From a virus, in the IMG/VR virus record IMGVR_UViG_3300009553_000019, positions 64,001 to 128,000 of that record: 64,000 nt of DNA. One strand, written 5' to 3'. Each line of letters opens with the position of its first letter. The first letter of the stretch is position 1. A program made the position numbers and the translations under genes. The notes beneath the pieces are model-generated. The model searched no databases and was not told the origin of the DNA. It worked only from the letters and a program-made list of their open reading frames with translations. Below, in pieces: positions 1 to 9,789 of this stretch.

Positions 1-1027
1 TCAGAATGCCAAGCCTATGAAGCGCGGCCAGCAGGTGAGGGTTTGGCTAGCAACAGGAACACCCATTAGCGAATCTCCAATGGATGCTTGGGCTGTTTTT
101 AGCTTTCTTGAACCTACGATTGTACCTAAAGTTTTTAACCGCTTTGAGTCTTATTTCACAGTTAAGGCAAAACGAAATTATGGCAATTTTAGATTCACCG
201 AAACTGTAGGTTATCGAAATCTTGGTGAGCTGAAGCAACTGCTGCATCGTCTAATGATTAGACGATTGAAGTCTGAAATTAAAGGGATGCCAGAAAAGGT
301 TGGCGTTGTTCGCTACGTTCAGATGACTGGAAAGCAAAGGCAGCTTTATCAAGATATCAAGAAAGGTGTTTACGATTCAGTAATTCAGGAGCCTGAAAAC
401 AAGTTAAGCATCGCCTTCGCAATGACAAAGTGTATCAGACTTCGTCAAGCTCTAAACCATCCCTCTATTGTCGATAAAGAGGGTGGAAGTGCAAAATACG
501 AAGAGCTTGACTTGATTTTAGAAGAGGTCTTAGCAGATCCTATGGCTAAGATTCTGATCTGGACAGAGTACAGAGCTGCCGTAGATATGCTGTTTGAACG
601 CTACAACGAAAAGTATGGCGCAATCAAATTAGTCGGTGGTGTTACCCAAGCAGAGATGGCAGAACTGTCAAAGAATTGGGACACTATGAAGCAACGAGTT
701 GCAATAGCGATTCCCATGTTTGGTGGAACAGGGGTTGACTTCTTACAGCGTTGCCGTACTGCAGTATACGTTGAAGCTCCATACTCAACTATTATGTTTC
801 GACAGTCGGCAGATCGAATTCATCGAAGAATTGGTGAGATTAAGACCGAGATCGATAAGATCAAATCCTCACCTTGTACGCTTATCTTCCTTCAGGTTGA
901 AGACTCAATTGACGAGCTGGTTTATAAGGCGTTGGGTCAAAAAGGGGATATTGTTGATGCGTTGCTGACGACTGACGACACGCTGATCAAGTTAGGACGA
1001 GAAGAACTCTTATCGTATCTTAAGTAA
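1..1027 (+). CDS. SNF2/SF2 helicase, C-terminal part (frame open to the window edge)
   Basis: Motif III ATGTP, MIRRLKSE, LRQALNHP, C-terminal QSADRIHR; no upstream stop in frame. Confidence 0.9.
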   Translation, partial: QNAKPMKRGQQVRVWLATGTPISESPMDAWAVFSFLEPTIVPKVFNRFESYFTVKAKRNYGNFRFTETVGYRNLGELKQLLHRLMIRRLKSEIKGMPEKVGVVRYVQMTGKQRQLYQDIKKGVYDSVIQEPENKLSIAFAMTKCIRLRQALNHPSIVDKEGGSAKYEELDLILEEVLADPMAKILIWTEYRAAVDMLFERYNEKYGAIKLVGGVTQAEMAELSKNWDTMKQRVAIAIPMFGGTGVDFLQRCRTAVYVEAPYSTIMFRQSADRIHRRIGEIKTEIDKIKSSPCTLIFLQVEDSIDELVYKALGQKGDIVDALLTTDDTLIKLGREELLSYLK

Positions 1028-1057
1028 TTGGTTAAATCAATGAAAACTATCAAAAAT

Positions 1058-1086
1058 TTCAGAACCGATTTTCCTCCTGGTATAAT
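1058..1086 (+). promoter_or_regulatory. sigma70-like promoter
   Basis: TTCAGA-17 bp-TATAAT with extended TG (TGGTATAAT) in an AT-rich intergenic gap. Confidence 0.6.
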
Positions 1087-1276
1087 CCTTAAAAACGCTG
1101 AAATTTGCATTGCAGTTAATTTTATTACAAAGCTGTTTGTAGGTTGAAAAACCAAACGTTGCTTCTCATACGACATTTCTTGATGTTTTTGATCAACTCA
1201 ATGTTATCGAGACAGTTACATTCTTGGAATGACTCAAGTATTCGTCGATTTCAGCATAGGTTTTCTGTGGTGTATT

Positions 1277-1384
1277 TGATTGTTACTACAATCAGCTCCT
1301 ATATCTCTAATCCCTTAGAGATATATCTTAACTTTTCTTTCGAAAGAGAGATTTTAAGAAGAGATAGAGAGCTAAAGCTCTCTA
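1277..1384. repeat. array of four short inverted repeats (candidate origin or structured leader)
   Basis: TGATTGT-4-ACAATCA (1277-1294), TATATCTCTAA-4-TTAGAGATATA (1300-1325), TCTTTCGAAAGA (1336-1347), TAGAGAGC-4-GCTCTCTA (1365-1384). Confidence 0.75.
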
Positions 1385-1427
1385 GGGGAAATTTGGTGGA
1401 ACGTCGTCGTGACGTGACGGAGGCGAC

Positions 1428-2759
1428 GTGGGCATAAGTAGATCGAATTCGGAGGTTCAAAACCTCCTGAAGAGGGGAGCAAAATGCTTCGTAATTCATG
1501 GTAGGAAGTTTTGGCCTGTTGTAGCTAAACAGGAAGAGATTCCTGTTTTCGAAAAACAAGAAAAACCAGTTGTTGAAAAACCAACCCCCTCAGTGAAACC
1601 AAAGATTCCAAAGCCTGCACTCCCGATTAAATCCTCGGTTGACGCATGGGAATCAATCCTAGATGATATAGCAGAAGATTGTAAGACAGTCTTTCTAGCT
1701 AGAGGAGGGGTTGGTACAAAACCATGGTTTATGCGTTGGAGTACTCAAAGACAAAAAATTCTTGATAGCTTGATTGGTATGCGCGTGATTGGCCTGACTG
1801 GATTTCGAGATTCGATAGATAGTGAACTTTCAGATAGAGAGCTTCTCAAGAGTGCTGGTAAAATGCTTTGCAGGTTGTTAGACATGCGAACTAGCGTTTT
1901 CCATTCTCCCCGAGCCTGGTTTTCAAAAGCAAAAGATGGTCCGTTCTGGTTCCACGGTCTACCTATTCTGACTAGAGCTAAGTGCAATAACCTAGTCTCA
2001 GATATGAATGCAGTGGATCTTTACAACCAGTTTGTTGTTAGAGTCTTGCATAAACCAGCAGAGAAAGTTGTAGAGCTGGTGCCTAGCACTGATGGGCATC
2101 TTGGTTTTGATCTCTACCCAATCAGCGAGATATTCTCCTTTGCAAACCAACATAAGATGCCTTTCGAAAGCCTGCTTCGATTGTTGTGGTTGAGAGAGGT
2201 TGATCATTGCGAACGCTTTGGTGGAATACCGTCGTATTTAGCTTGTAAACTTTCAAGACACTTACTAAGAACAACACCAGCAGAAATCAAACGAGCCTTA
2301 GCAAATAATGGTACGTCAGAGTTTCTGACTATTCTGCAAGTTCCTGGTGTTCCATACTTACCAAAGAAATTGCGATATGGTTTGGACTGTCGAAATATTG
2401 TGGTTCCAACTCTTGGAAGATTGACAGCAATTACAGATGGTGGTCAAGCAATTCTCGAAGACGAGAAGGGCAGGGTTTCAGCTGAGGGAAATCAGCTTCC
2501 AACTCTAGAGGTGGTTAAGGGGTGGGGGAAAGGTATTCAGATCTGGGCTACTGAAGAGAATTTCAAAGAGCTAGGAAAATTCTGGTATAATCCACCACCT
2601 AAATGCCCTTGGGAGTGGTACAAGAAGTGGGGAGACAAAGCATACTTGGAGTCAGGTAAAGCAATCCACCCAGATCCAAAGTTTCGACCTGATGTAGTCT
2701 GGCTAGAGCAGTCTGGTATAACTATCGAGGAGTGGGCTAAGCAAAATGCTGTGGGTTGA
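1428..2759 (+). CDS. hypothetical protein at the head of the replication operon (possible initiator)
   Basis: 443-aa ORF with GGAGG SD before GTG; directly upstream of DnaC/DnaB-like genes; no recognised motif. Confidence 0.6.
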   Translation: MGISRSNSEVQNLLKRGAKCFVIHGRKFWPVVAKQEEIPVFEKQEKPVVEKPTPSVKPKIPKPALPIKSSVDAWESILDDIAEDCKTVFLARGGVGTKPWFMRWSTQRQKILDSLIGMRVIGLTGFRDSIDSELSDRELLKSAGKMLCRLLDMRTSVFHSPRAWFSKAKDGPFWFHGLPILTRAKCNNLVSDMNAVDLYNQFVVRVLHKPAEKVVELVPSTDGHLGFDLYPISEIFSFANQHKMPFESLLRLLWLREVDHCERFGGIPSYLACKLSRHLLRTTPAEIKRALANNGTSEFLTILQVPGVPYLPKKLRYGLDCRNIVVPTLGRLTAITDGGQAILEDEKGRVSAEGNQLPTLEVVKGWGKGIQIWATEENFKELGKFWYNPPPKCPWEWYKKWGDKAYLESGKAIHPDPKFRPDVVWLEQSGITIEEWAKQNAVG

Positions 2760-3597
2760 GAGTTATGGTTCGTATTCAGAATGGTGTTCTGAGTGTCCAA
2801 TCTGCAAAGGGCAGAGATTTTTAAGCGAGAGTTCACCTCTTCAACTTGGTTTAGCATTTAGAGAAGCTAGTTCTGAAGCTTGTCCATGCTGGTTTTTATA
2901 CTGTGCTATGCAGAGGTTGTGGGCTCAAGAGTACCCCAAAGGTTACTTGGGTTGGAATTGGGATTCAACTTACCCCTTGTCAGAACTTCCACCGGAACAC
3001 CCGTGGTACACTAGACACCCTGAATCATTCGCCTGGAGCTTTTCCGAAGCTGATGAAGAGGCTTTACGATTTTGGGTTAACAATCCTCTGGCAGTGGTTT
3101 CCAAAGGACTTTCTCTGGTTATACATGGCGATAAAGGAGTTGGGAAGAGCTCTTTAGCTACTGTATTATCGAAAGAGTTAGTTAAGCGTAGGGGTGTTGA
3201 TGCAAGTGGTTACATAAGCGAGTTTGTTGTAAGATTTCTTGTTGGTGATGAACTCTATCAGTACCTGAACATGCGGGATCGAGCTGGTCACGAAGTGCTA
3301 AATACTGCACTAAGAGCAAGCTTGTTAGTAATAGATGATCTACGTTTAGCGTATACAGGGTTTGCAAATACTGAGTTAGTTGAACGCGTGCATTCTCTTC
3401 TCCAGCATAGAGCTGGTAATAATTTACCTACAATAGTGACTATGAATAAGTTGTCAAAGTCAGCAGACTTCAAGCCCAACAGCGTAACAGAGTTTTTGGG
3501 GATTGAAGCTACTGGCATTCCAGATAAGTTTGGCAAGTATCGATTCATTCAGGTAACCAATGAGCCTATGCGTCCAGCACCAGATTGGGAAATCTGA
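2746..3597 (+). CDS. DnaC/IstB-like AAA+ helicase loader
   Basis: N-terminal CPIC..CPC Zn motif, Walker A GDKGVGKS, Walker B LLVIDD, PTIVTMN. Confidence 0.85.
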   Translation: MLWVESYGSYSEWCSECPICKGQRFLSESSPLQLGLAFREASSEACPCWFLYCAMQRLWAQEYPKGYLGWNWDSTYPLSELPPEHPWYTRHPESFAWSFSEADEEALRFWVNNPLAVVSKGLSLVIHGDKGVGKSSLATVLSKELVKRRGVDASGYISEFVVRFLVGDELYQYLNMRDRAGHEVLNTALRASLLVIDDLRLAYTGFANTELVERVHSLLQHRAGNNLPTIVTMNKLSKSADFKPNSVTEFLGIEATGIPDKFGKYRFIQVTNEPMRPAPDWEI

Positions 3598-3603
3598 TAC
3601 AGA

Positions 3604-5016
3604 ATGTCTGCTGGCGAACAACAGAAACTTTACATCGATCCTGAGACCGAAGAACAGCTCATAGCTGGAGTTGTTCAAAACAATCCAGTAGTGATGGGTT
3701 CTGGTATCTATGAAGAGCTGGAAGATTGGCACTTTTCGATACCTGATTATCAATGGTTGATACGAGATTTGAGAGCTGAGGGTAGAGTTTTACCAAAACC
3801 TTTACTGATAGAGAAGATTCATCAAACGTTTCAGAAAGTTGACGATAGAGATCGAGCGTTGATGGTTCTGACAAGATTGTATGATCTACCGTTAACTTTT
3901 CCAGAAGATGCTGCTAGCTCTTTTAGAAAATTTCTAGCGTTTCAAACAGCTACAGCTGCTGTTCGTAAGTTTTTTGAGAAGTATCAGACAACCAAGAATG
4001 TAGAGCTTTCGATTAGAGACTTGACAGAAGGTCTTTCGAAATCTGCTTATCTTGTTGAAAAGAAGAACACAGCAGTATTTGATTACGCAGCTGGCTGGGA
4101 ACAAAGAGAAGCAGATCGTAAACACTTACGGGATAACCCAGACCTTAGCCCAAGATTGAGGTTGGGCATTGCAAGGTTTGATGCTCAGGTGAAGATGAAA
4201 GTTGGTACAGTAACCAACTTTTTAGCACCGATGAAGCGGTACAAATCCGTGATGCTAACCTCTGCAGCCTATGCAGGGATCTTGCAGGGATTCAACGTTT
4301 TTCTTGCAGTGCTTGAAAACACGCCAGAACTTACTATGAATAGGCTTGACTCTATGTTTACTCAGATCAACTACGATCGAATTGTAAACTACCTAAAGAG
4401 TCCCTCGGAGAAAAAGTTTGCAGATGATCTGTTTCGTCGAATTGATTCATGGCCACAGAGGCTGAAAATCATCAAAGGCGAGCCAAAGAGAACTGGTGTA
4501 GTTGAGCTGGATAGGGAGTTGAAATCTCTATCAAGAGACGGTTTTGTGGCGGAGTTGGGTGTTTATGATTATGCTAATCTGATGAAACCTTCAGTAGGTC
4601 AGTCAGATGATCACCTAGGTCAGACTCAAGTGATCTGGGATATGCAAAACTCTGCTAAACAAAATAACCGAATTATTGTAACCGCCTCTCAGGCAAACGT
4701 TGCCGGTGCTGGTGTTGATAAAGATGGCAAACCAATCAAACTTCGGGAAGATATGCAGGGCAAGGCTCTAGGTATCTCCCAAGCGGTTGACAATTCGATT
4801 GCAATCAATATCGAACTAGGTCAAGTTGATGAGCATGGCAGGGCAAATCCAGCTCAAATCATTCTCTCTATTTTGTTTATGAGGGATGGTAAGATTACGG
4901 AGCCTGATATTAGGCTCTTAAGTGAAGTTGACAGGATGTGCTTGGACCGAGGGATGAGAGAACTCTGGTCCGAAGCTCAAGAGTTTGATGGTGTGACAAT
5001 GACACTTCCGTCGTAG
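3604..5016 (+). CDS. DnaB-like replicative helicase
   Basis: Degenerate Walker A APMKRYKS, LEN, VYDYANLM, IVTASQAN motifs; next to the loader. Confidence 0.8.
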   Translation: MSAGEQQKLYIDPETEEQLIAGVVQNNPVVMGSGIYEELEDWHFSIPDYQWLIRDLRAEGRVLPKPLLIEKIHQTFQKVDDRDRALMVLTRLYDLPLTFPEDAASSFRKFLAFQTATAAVRKFFEKYQTTKNVELSIRDLTEGLSKSAYLVEKKNTAVFDYAAGWEQREADRKHLRDNPDLSPRLRLGIARFDAQVKMKVGTVTNFLAPMKRYKSVMLTSAAYAGILQGFNVFLAVLENTPELTMNRLDSMFTQINYDRIVNYLKSPSEKKFADDLFRRIDSWPQRLKIIKGEPKRTGVVELDRELKSLSRDGFVAELGVYDYANLMKPSVGQSDDHLGQTQVIWDMQNSAKQNNRIIVTASQANVAGAGVDKDGKPIKLREDMQGKALGISQAVDNSIAINIELGQVDEHGRANPAQIILSILFMRDGKITEPDIRLLSEVDRMCLDRGMRELWSEAQEFDGVTMTLPS

Positions 5017-5046
5017 TTGTATCATCGTTTATAGGAGAGAAGAACA

Positions 5047-5475
5047 ATGTCTGGTCGTGAAAATCTTCGTGTTGAAGCTAACAAAATTCTGAAGACTGCC
5101 AACCTGCCAACTCTGTCTAGTGAAGCCTGCGCAGCTGTTTTTGATGCATTGGTTGGCATGCTTAAGAACGGTGATCGGGTTATGATTCAGGAGTTTGGCA
5201 CCTTCTATCGAAAGCTCCAAGCTCCTCGAGTCGCTCGTAATCCCAAGACTGGTGAGCAGTTGTTGATTCCGGGGAAGGTCAAGGTTGGTTTTTGTTGTAC
5301 TGTTCCAGCTTTTGAAGTCAACGAAGCTGAAGGAAAGCAAATTGAGAAGTTGACTGCAGCAAATGCTAAATTTTCAGAGCAGGCAGCTAAGCCAGCCAAG
5401 CCTGCTCCAGCTCCAAAGCCTGCAAAAGCACCTAAAGCAGCCCCTGCTACTGCTCCTGAGGCTGAGAAGAAATGA
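5047..5475 (+). CDS. HU/IHF DNA-binding protein with Pro/Ala/Lys tail
   Basis: FGTF..R.ARNPKTGE signature. Confidence 0.93.
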   Translation: MSGRENLRVEANKILKTANLPTLSSEACAAVFDALVGMLKNGDRVMIQEFGTFYRKLQAPRVARNPKTGEQLLIPGKVKVGFCCTVPAFEVNEAEGKQIEKLTAANAKFSEQAAKPAKPAPAPKPAKAPKAAPATAPEAEKK

Positions 5476-5816
5476 GTGATTCTAAAGTAGCGATTTTAGA
5501 CTACGAGCCATTTCACCACTATTACTGGCTCAAGAAGGTCCTGCTAAAAGATATCACCTCTGCGGGTGGTATTGCCCTTACTACTGAACAATCTGCAAAA
5601 GCAGCTGTTTTTGAAGTGCTCAAAGCTGGCCCCGGGTATTTTGATCCAGTTGCTGGAAAACGTATGCCAATGTCAGCAGCAGTAGGCGATTACGTAGTAG
5701 TATCGCTTGAGTCTGTTGTTGATTTGATGTATGTTGGGTTGGGTCAAGGTGCGCTTTTGGTTTGCCCTGATACTGCAGTTTTGGGCAAAGTCAAAGTTAC
5801 GAGTCCACAGAACTGA
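5472..5816 (+). CDS. GroES-like co-chaperonin
   Basis: TSAGGIAL mobile loop, V..AGPG, VGDYV, terminal VLGKV. Confidence 0.8.
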   Translation: MSDSKVAILDYEPFHHYYWLKKVLLKDITSAGGIALTTEQSAKAAVFEVLKAGPGYFDPVAGKRMPMSAAVGDYVVVSLESVVDLMYVGLGQGALLVCPDTAVLGKVKVTSPQN

Positions 5817-5823
5817 CCATTTT

Positions 5824-5862
5824 AAACCTGCTTTAGTTGAACGCTAAAGCAGGTTTTATTTT
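5824..5862 (+). terminator. Rho-independent terminator
   Basis: AAACCTGCTTTAG / CTAAAGCAGGTTT 13-bp stem followed by a T-rich tract. Confidence 0.75.
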
Positions 5863-5867
5863 ACTTC

Positions 5868-6803
5868 ATGAATATTAGAACTTATGTAGAGACTCATAGC
5901 AAACTATCCCATCTAAAAGAAGGTGGCAACAGAGGTGAGTTTAGGGGTGAATGCCCCTTCCATTTCGGAGGATACCAAAACTTCGCGATTAATGTAAACA
6001 CTGGCTTCTTTATTTGTAGAGCAGGATCGTGTGGGTTACGTGGAGGATTTCCACTCTTCTACAAACTGCTTGAAGGGATTCTTGACTGGTCTGAAGTCAA
6101 GAAGAAGCTATCAACAACTCTCCCAATTAGAAACTGGGAAGAAGTCCTTAACTTTCAAGGAAGTTTCGGATCAAAATCGGCTGATATTGCTTATCAACCA
6201 TTACCCTCAGAAGACTTTCAGTATAAGCTGACAAAAGATAATTTCCCCGATTATTTGAGAAACACTCGAAAATATACAGAAGATCTATTAGACTTAGGAT
6301 TTGATATTCGTTATTGTTATGCTGGTGATTATCGAAATAGGTTGATAATCCCATTCATTGATCTTGATGGAAGACAGTGTACGTTTACCGCTAGATCTAT
6401 AGTCCCTTCAGAACAGATTCGATACAGGTTTCCAGAAGGCGCCACAACGACTCAATTTCTCTACGGTGTCCACAGGTTGAATGTTGCACTAAAAAGGTTT
6501 TTCATAGTTGAAGGTCAGTTTGACGTGTGGCGTTTAGCAACTTATGGTGAATACGCTGTTGGTGCTTCTACCGTAACTCTCTCCAGTAGGCAGCTGATGG
6601 ATATTGCAAAACTCGCAGAATTGAACCAGTGCCAGGTATACGTGATGTTTGATTCTGGCGCTTTTCACCAAGCACAAAAGATTTGGGCTTCTTTAAGATC
6701 GATGGGTTGCAAACGAAGTGATCCAGTCGATATTTCTGAGTATGCTAAAGATCCTGATGAGTTAAGCAAAGAGTCACTAATAACCCTAGTTGGAGAAAGC
6801 TAA
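5868..6803 (+). CDS. DnaG-type primase (Zn finger + TOPRIM)
   Basis: CPFH..C..C, RLIIP, VEGQFD, FDS, KDPDE. Confidence 0.9.
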   Translation: MNIRTYVETHSKLSHLKEGGNRGEFRGECPFHFGGYQNFAINVNTGFFICRAGSCGLRGGFPLFYKLLEGILDWSEVKKKLSTTLPIRNWEEVLNFQGSFGSKSADIAYQPLPSEDFQYKLTKDNFPDYLRNTRKYTEDLLDLGFDIRYCYAGDYRNRLIIPFIDLDGRQCTFTARSIVPSEQIRYRFPEGATTTQFLYGVHRLNVALKRFFIVEGQFDVWRLATYGEYAVGASTVTLSSRQLMDIAKLAELNQCQVYVMFDSGAFHQAQKIWASLRSMGCKRSDPVDISEYAKDPDELSKESLITLVGES

Positions 6804-7054
6804 TGAGTAATCCGCGTTTAAATGAGTTGTTTACTTTGAAAGAGGCTGCTGGTATCCTTGGTAGGAAGGAGTATGTTCTGTGGTACCATGCAAAGACTAA
6901 TGTCCATCACGAAGAGATGGGTTACAGAAAGTTTTTGACAAAAGAAGCGATGGTGAAAATTGCCAAAGAACATATGGTTCTCCGTGATGGCGAGAAACTT
7001 GAAGATATTTTGGCTAGAATCGAGGAAGCTGCAAAAGCAAAGAAGGCTGCATAA
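6803..7054 (+). CDS. small HTH DNA-binding protein
   Basis: FTLKEAAGILG excisionase-like HTH. Confidence 0.55.
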   Translation: MSNPRLNELFTLKEAAGILGRKEYVLWYHAKTNVHHEEMGYRKFLTKEAMVKIAKEHMVLRDGEKLEDILARIEEAAKAKKAA

Positions 7055-7118
7055 TATGTTTTAGAGCTTTGTGAGTCTCCTGACAACAAAATATTAACAT
7101 AGCATTTCTGCTTACTAC

Positions 7119-7147
7119 TTGATTTCCGAACTTACCATCTTTATTAT
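7119..7147 (+). promoter_or_regulatory. sigma70-like promoter
   Basis: TTGATT-17 bp-TATTAT upstream of the 7180 ORF. Confidence 0.5.
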
Positions 7148-7179
7148 GTTGTTTGTAGAGACTGACTTACTGAGGGAAG

Positions 7180-8133
7180 ATGATCACAGAGCAATTTCTA
7201 GAGCAGTTGCAAGTCCAGTCGCCCGAATTAGGGGCTCAAGTCAAGCGGTGGCTACCAAAATTACAAAACATTGCTAACGATCTCTCTAGGGTTACGGGAG
7301 AGTCTTATGAAGACTGTCTCATGGACGCTATGGAGAAAATGCTGGTAAATGTGGGAGATTGGAAACTCCCACAAGTCCGTCACAATAAGCGAATCTACGA
7401 GGTAGTTGAAGATGGGCCAAACATCACAATTCGTCGTTATGGTTCAACTGAAACTGCAGTCGTAGCAAAAATCGATTGCGAGCCAATTCAGAAAACAGCC
7501 CTTGGTACTTTTGTGTATCAGGGGCTGTTGCAATTTTGCGCTGATAAGTTCGCTAAGCATTATACAGAACGAAATGGTTATCGGCTAGACAAAGAAAATC
7601 CGATGATTGAGAAAAGCTTTCTCGATCGTTCAAAACATGCTGTGGTGAAGAAGAAGGTTAAGAACTACGCTAAGGTGTCAGGTGCCAGGCCAACAAAGAC
7701 TATTCGACGAGAAGATGGTAGTGAGTTTGACGAAATCGACCTAGCTGAAGGTTGGATTGAATCTGCTGAAGATCGACTGGTATTTCAAGGCTATGTCAAC
7801 TTTATTGAAAAGAACCTATCGGAACAAGCAAAGCTTCTGCTAGAGTTTTTGCTAAATGAGAATGGTGATTATCAAGCAAAAGCAGACCTACAAATTCTAG
7901 AAGCTCAGCAGCTAGGAACTCAAATTCCAACGTATAAAAACGACCTGACTAGTGCTGGGAAGTATTTTGGTTGGAACAGAGTACAGCTTAGAGCTTACTG
8001 GTGTGAGATCGTAATGGCGCTACCGTCTGACTTTTCGACAAGGCAGTCTACTGTTAAAAACAGTAATGGCAGGTATAATTCAGTGGTGTTGACGAAGGAA
8101 GTTGCTTTAGGGATTTTGGACTCCAATGACTGA
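7180..8133 (+). CDS. hypothetical protein, possibly a divergent sigma-like transcription factor
   Basis: 317 aa; weak resemblance to sigma region 2 (YEDCLMDA, TFVYQGL) and region 4 (LSEQAKLLL). Confidence 0.4.
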   Translation: MITEQFLEQLQVQSPELGAQVKRWLPKLQNIANDLSRVTGESYEDCLMDAMEKMLVNVGDWKLPQVRHNKRIYEVVEDGPNITIRRYGSTETAVVAKIDCEPIQKTALGTFVYQGLLQFCADKFAKHYTERNGYRLDKENPMIEKSFLDRSKHAVVKKKVKNYAKVSGARPTKTIRREDGSEFDEIDLAEGWIESAEDRLVFQGYVNFIEKNLSEQAKLLLEFLLNENGDYQAKADLQILEAQQLGTQIPTYKNDLTSAGKYFGWNRVQLRAYWCEIVMALPSDFSTRQSTVKNSNGRYNSVVLTKEVALGILDSND

Positions 8134-9358
8134 AAAAGAACCTGAATCGAATCTAAAATTTTCAATCCTCCCAGAAATACTTCGAGTACAATTAGCTAGG
8201 TGTAGTAAAGTAGCCTCAGATGGGGCGAAGTCAGGTCTTCGTCCAATCTATGGCTATCTGCTGCTGATTGTAGGCGATAGTCTGTTAACCCTTAGAGCTC
8301 ATGACCCTCATGTCACTTTTGAGGGAAGGTGTGTTTGTAGTGAGATTAAATCTGATGGTGAGGCTTTAGTTGAGTGTGAAAAGCTAACCAGTATTCTCAA
8401 GACAAGACCCGATGGATTTGCTATTGACTTTTGGGTAGAAAAAGAATTCTTAAATATCCGTCAAGGAGAGTTTAGAGCTAAACTACCTCTACTACGAAAA
8501 GAGACGATTCCAGCAGTCTCTTTCAAAGGACCATTTCAATTCGAGCTTGAACTAGAACCTCGAATGTTAGATGGGATGACTCGCTGTAGTAAGGTTATCG
8601 AAGAGAAGGCCGATTCTGCCTATGCAGGGCTTTTGGTGGATTTAACCACTGAAGGATTTTTCAGAATTTGTGGGTTTTCTAGAGCTCTTGTTCATGTGGC
8701 TCAGTTCCCTCTAGCTGAAAAGTCATCGCTATTTAGGATGGTGATTTCTCCAAAAGCGTTACCATTGATTGAGACACTTTCTAGGGTTAACCAAACACAT
8801 TTTGGGGTTGACGTTACAAATGCCAAGATTGTGATCAGCTCTCCAGAATGTTCGTTAAGAATCGCATGTGTTGAAGATACATACCCCAAAGCCTACATGG
8901 AGTTTTTGGGGTTGCACAAGATGCAAGACGAGCAGTATTTCTTGACTAAGCTAGACGCTGATGGTCGAGTTATTGATGAGAAGGGTCGAGAAACGATTAG
9001 GTTTAACAAGAACCAGTTCTTAGATGCCCTTGCTTCAGCTGCCAGTGTTCTTGGAAAAGAAGATTTGGCGGTAGAATGCAACATAGCTAAGAAACTAGCT
9101 GATGGTGGAGTGATCGTTGACTTAGTCGGGTTGAATCGATTTACTAAGGCAAAAGCGGAAGAGAAGATCTTAGCAGCTTCTAGTATCAGCTCAGTGTATC
9201 AGCTTGGAATTCACTACGCCAAGGTAAGAGAATGTCTTCGAGATTTTGAAGCAGAGGTAGTTACCTTTCACGTAGGTTCAGCACAGGATCCCTTTTTGAT
9301 GATCGAAGAGGGAAGGTCAGATTTTTGTAGCGTCGGAATCCCTCTAAAGGTATCGTGA
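8126..9358 (+). CDS. dnaN: DNA polymerase III beta-like sliding clamp
   Basis: RPIYGYLLL..LTLRAHD, three-domain repeat pattern, YP..Y, terminal IPLKV. Confidence 0.8.
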   Translation: MTEKEPESNLKFSILPEILRVQLARCSKVASDGAKSGLRPIYGYLLLIVGDSLLTLRAHDPHVTFEGRCVCSEIKSDGEALVECEKLTSILKTRPDGFAIDFWVEKEFLNIRQGEFRAKLPLLRKETIPAVSFKGPFQFELELEPRMLDGMTRCSKVIEEKADSAYAGLLVDLTTEGFFRICGFSRALVHVAQFPLAEKSSLFRMVISPKALPLIETLSRVNQTHFGVDVTNAKIVISSPECSLRIACVEDTYPKAYMEFLGLHKMQDEQYFLTKLDADGRVIDEKGRETIRFNKNQFLDALASAASVLGKEDLAVECNIAKKLADGGVIVDLVGLNRFTKAKAEEKILAASSISSVYQLGIHYAKVRECLRDFEAEVVTFHVGSAQDPFLMIEEGRSDFCSVGIPLKVS

Positions 9359-9789
9359 TTAATAGTTTTTCTGGAGAGTACTCATTTCTGTCGAATTTTT
9401 ATCAGATCAATCTGAACGTGATTGATGTCCAGTTAGGACCAATTCTGGTAAGATCTGTTGAGCATGGTTTCCAAGCAGATAAGACGCTTATAGCCAGCCA
9501 ACGTAGACAAATTTTAGAATCGCCTTCAGCTAAGCTAGCCAAGGCTGGTGGAAGAAAAGCGACATTGAGGCCTGATTGGAAGCAAGTCAAAATTGCTTCG
9601 ATGTATAATTGGCTGAGTAAGAAGTTTGCTATTCCAGAGCTAAAAGAGAAGTTGTTAGCAACCGGAGTTCAAACTTTGGTTGAAGGCAACACTTGGGGAG
9701 ATACTTTCTGGGGTGTTTGTGATGGTAAAGGTCAAAACAATTTAGGTAAGCTGTTGATGGAACTACGGGAGCAGTTACGTGGAACCTGA
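9355..9789 (+). CDS. NADAR (YbiA) family protein
   Basis: FLSNFY, SVEHGFQA, RPDW, KF, LVEGNTWGDTFWG, GQNNLGKLLMELR. Confidence 0.93.
   Translation: MINSFSGEYSFLSNFYQINLNVIDVQLGPILVRSVEHGFQADKTLIASQRRQILESPSAKLAKAGGRKATLRPDWKQVKIASMYNWLSKKFAIPELKEKLLATGVQTLVEGNTWGDTFWGVCDGKGQNNLGKLLMELREQLRGT

Noticed and set aside
1144-1437. 97-aa + strand ORF across the hairpin array
   Set aside because: TTG start without SD, atypical composition, and it overlaps the palindrome cluster; likely incidental
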